From Hadesarchaea archaeon (GTDB lineage Archaea > Hadarchaeota > Hadarchaeia > Hadarchaeales > Hadarchaeaceae), in assembly GCA_014361095.1 (NCBI GenBank), contig JACIWF010000002.1, positions 1-35,382 on the forward strand: a stretch of DNA of 35,382 bases, in the 5' to 3' direction. Under the pieces are notes generated by a model. The model was not told the DNA's origin. It saw only the letters and a list, made by a program, of their open reading frames with translations, and searched no databases. Made by a program: the position numbers and the translations under genes. Positions 33,352 through 35,382 of the stretch are shown one piece after another (the stretch's first letter is position 1; each line of letters opens with the position of its first letter).

Positions 33352-34757
33352 CTTCCAACACCGGACATGATCCTATCCAACTCCGTTACAAAATCTTCTA
33401 AACGGCAGCGTGGGATGCGCGCTGCCGCTGAAACATCATGGCCTCCGCCGTAGCCACCGACAGCTGTTGCTGCACGTGAGATTGCTTGGCCCAAGTTTAC
33501 CCCTGTGGCCACTAGGCTCAGCGTCGCTCGTGCGGAAACCTTCAAATAACCATCGACAGTGTCAGCTATGCCTAACACAGGCTGCTCCATCGAAATCAGA
33601 GCCGACTCAATAGCCAGAGAAAGCAACTCCCCAAGAATTGCCGAGTCAACAGCGTTTCCGGTATAAATGTAGCGAAAGTGGGAAGCTGATTTAAAGGAAG
33701 CGAGCTTGCTGACCAACCATTCCATCGACTTGAGCATCTGCTCCTGATAGCTGCTGAGCAGGCCAAGCGCGTCCATCTGATAGCTTCCATCACCAACCGC
33801 TAAGGCAAATCCGACCTCCGGCCTTCTCATGTTTCCACAGGCATCGATGACGGCAGCATATTCACCCAGTTCCTTTGGTCCGCCTAGATCTTCGGTGATA
33901 GCCGTCAAGATCGTGCCCCATAAAGTACGACGAAACTCCTCTTTGGCAGCGGGAGCGCCGACTTTAGAAAAAATCGCGTCCGCCAGTCTTCTCTCCGTTT
34001 CAACACCCAAATCTGAGATTAAGCTGGAATGTGATATGCCCAAAGTATCCAACAACGAGCGACAGGAAAAGGCATTTCCCGAAAGACCCATGAGGTATGG
34101 ACGAACAGAGGTCCTCAGGCACTCGACCGCCGGCACCAGGCTGCGGCGCGTCAGCCTCAATCCCTCACTCTCACGGACAAATCCAAGATCTACCGCGCGC
34201 TTTAGCAGGGTATCGTTGACTCCAGCAAACCCGGAGAACAGCTCCTGTCGGTCACCGATCGCGCCCACTAACGCCAGACCAATCAGCGGCCTAAAGCAAA
34301 GGTCAAGCTGCTCTACCACTGAAAACGCTGCCCCGCTGGCACTGACATCAGTTGAACCGTTCAGCCCGCAGTTATGGGGATTAAGATATGACAAATTTGG
34401 GTTCTCAAAAAACTGCCCCGGATGATGGTCGATTATAATAACTTCCTTTCCCCGCGCCAGTAGATGCTTGTTGATGGCATCGAGTTGAGCGCTGCCTTGG
34501 TCGAGAAAGAAGTAAAGGTCATAGTTCTCCGCCCCAAGCTGAGCGATGTCCTCGTCGCTCGGGGGCCGGCTTAGCTTGACTGCGAAGGGGACATTATAAG
34601 AGTAAAGACACCTAGCCACTATAGCCGCTGAAGCTATTCCATCTGCATCCGTATGAGAAACTACCTTGACCCTTGTCCTCCCATCTAATCTTGGTCTGAG
34701 AAAAGCTGCAACCTCCTCGGAAGCCCTACGGAACCTCTTTATCTCCGCCCTTATCAC
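33348..34757 (-). CDS. Archaeal RecJ/Cdc45-like nuclease (GAN-type), paralogue A
   Basis: VVSHTDADGIASAAI, FFLDQGS, IIIDHHPG, VGAIGDRQE and GGYGGGHDVSAAARI. 469 aa, with a layout like the Thermococcus GAN. GTG start. Confidence 0.8.
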   Translation of the reverse strand: MIRAEIKRFRRASEEVAAFLRPRLDGRTRVKVVSHTDADGIASAAIVARCLYSYNVPFAVKLSRPPSDEDIAQLGAENYDLYFFLDQGSAQLDAINKHLLARGKEVIIIDHHPGQFFENPNLSYLNPHNCGLNGSTDVSASGAAFSVVEQLDLCFRPLIGLALVGAIGDRQELFSGFAGVNDTLLKRAVDLGFVRESEGLRLTRRSLVPAVECLRTSVRPYLMGLSGNAFSCRSLLDTLGISHSSLISDLGVETERRLADAIFSKVGAPAAKEEFRRTLWGTILTAITEDLGGPKELGEYAAVIDACGNMRRPEVGFALAVGDGSYQMDALGLLSSYQEQMLKSMEWLVSKLASFKSASHFRYIYTGNAVDSAILGELLSLAIESALISMEQPVLGIADTVDGYLKVSARATLSLVATGVNLGQAISRAATAVGGYGGGHDVSAAARIPRCRLEDFVTELDRIMSGVGR

Positions 34758-34841
34758 CCTGAACCACGCCCCTGAGACTCACTTTTCTGCGACATGTAAT
34801 AACTTTTATTAACGGTCGAAAGCAATGACATACGTGGTCTT

Positions 34842-35225
34842 ATGAAAGTTCAAATTCTATACACTATGGACTGTCCCTGGTGTCTGAAGACCAAGAAACT
34901 GGTGAGGGAAAGTCTCAACGAACTCGGGGTAAAGGCAGAGCTGGAAGAAATCCTAATAGATACAGATGAGAAAGCAAGGAAGTACCGGTTTACGGGCTCA
35001 CCCACCGTCAGAATTAATGGAAAAGACGTTCAGGATGAAAGCATCAAGAGCCGGTGTCTTCCTTGCGAAGAACTGGCGGAACTTAAACCAACCACCGAAT
35101 TTGTCAAACAGGAATGTCGCTGTGGCTGCAGAATATACTTCTATCAAGGAAAACAATATCCCTATCCACCAAAGGAAATGATCAAGGCCGCTATTCGGAG
35201 CAATCTAAAGGTTGCGGGAAAATAG
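34842..35225 (+). CDS. Thioredoxin-fold, Cys-rich protein (DUF2703-like)
   Basis: MKVQILYTMDCPWCLKT... (CxxC), SPTVRINGKDV, CLPCEE and ECRCGCRIYFYQGKQYPYPP match the recalled DUF2703 pattern. 127 aa. Confidence 0.55.
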   Translation: MKVQILYTMDCPWCLKTKKLVRESLNELGVKAELEEILIDTDEKARKYRFTGSPTVRINGKDVQDESIKSRCLPCEELAELKPTTEFVKQECRCGCRIYFYQGKQYPYPPKEMIKAAIRSNLKVAGK

Positions 35226-35382
35226 TTATCGAATCACTAAATACTCCATCATGCCAAAAGTATCGCGACGACGTTAAACATCCTAAAAAGCAAACTCACC
35301 CCACTGATACCAATGTTTGAATTCATTTCCTAATTCCTTGAGCCCGGCCCCATTGGTCTTTTCTACCGTCCATTATGTAATC

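Noticed and set aside
33829-34425. 198-aa plus-strand ORF
   Set aside because: It is antisense to RecJ-like paralogue A and is S/P/R-rich with no motifs.
35226-35382. Short minus-strand ORFs at the right edge (e.g. a 25-aa hydrophobic peptide MNSNIGISGVSLLFRMFNVVAILLA)
   Set aside because: They are too short and have no context. The window ends here, so nothing can be supported.
1-35382. CRISPR arrays, rRNA genes, IS elements or transposases, large direct or inverted repeats
   Set aside because: Reading both strands turned up no regularly spaced repeats, no rRNA-like conserved blocks and no transposase or integrase-like ORFs. A computational repeat search would still be needed to exclude short dispersed repeats.

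Overview
The window is a gene-dense archaeal chromosomal segment with about 48 genes. Most are on the minus strand, often with 1-4 nt start/stop overlaps, many GTG/TTG starts and GGTG/GGAG-type ribosome-binding sites.

The core (11.0-25.7 kb) is one co-directional array containing the classical archaeal exosome/proteasome superoperon: eL15, DUF54, RNase P Pop5, PsmA, SBDS, Rrp4, Rrp41, Rrp42, eL43, RpoP, Brix, Pcc1 and prefoldin beta. It also carries tRNA and translation genes: SepRS, Taw1, a translin-like protein, a DHH phosphoesterase, a SerA-like dehydrogenase, YchF and a GlmU-like enzyme.

The left part holds a HEPN/MNT toxin-antitoxin pair (cut by the window edge), a TSUP exporter, NnrE, diphthine synthase and a visibly AT-richer block with a sodium:solute symporter. 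It also holds a tRNA-Lys(CUU) with two 18-nt introns, and Sua5.

The right part holds GlmM, eS1, a methanogen-type (type-2) SerRS, a flavodoxin, a second Pcc1-fold small protein, two translationally coupled RecJ-like DHH/DHHA1 genes and a Cys-rich thioredoxin-fold protein.

The best candidates for undescribed biology are:
- A divergently arranged DNA-repair-like island at 7.4-11.1 kb. A Zn-ribbon peptide and a winged-helix-fused LigD-PolDom-like primase-polymerase face an EndoV-PPC-TIM-barrel operon.
- A plus-strand three-gene cassette at 25.7-27.7 kb that splits the glmU-like/glmM pair. It contains an ORF with no canonical start over its upstream half, a divergent HhH-GPD-like protein and TatD.
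- The RecJ-RecJ-Pcc1-like unit at 31.8-34.8 kb.

No CRISPR array, rRNA, transposase or integrase was recognised. All functional calls rest on motif recognition by eye; no database search was run.
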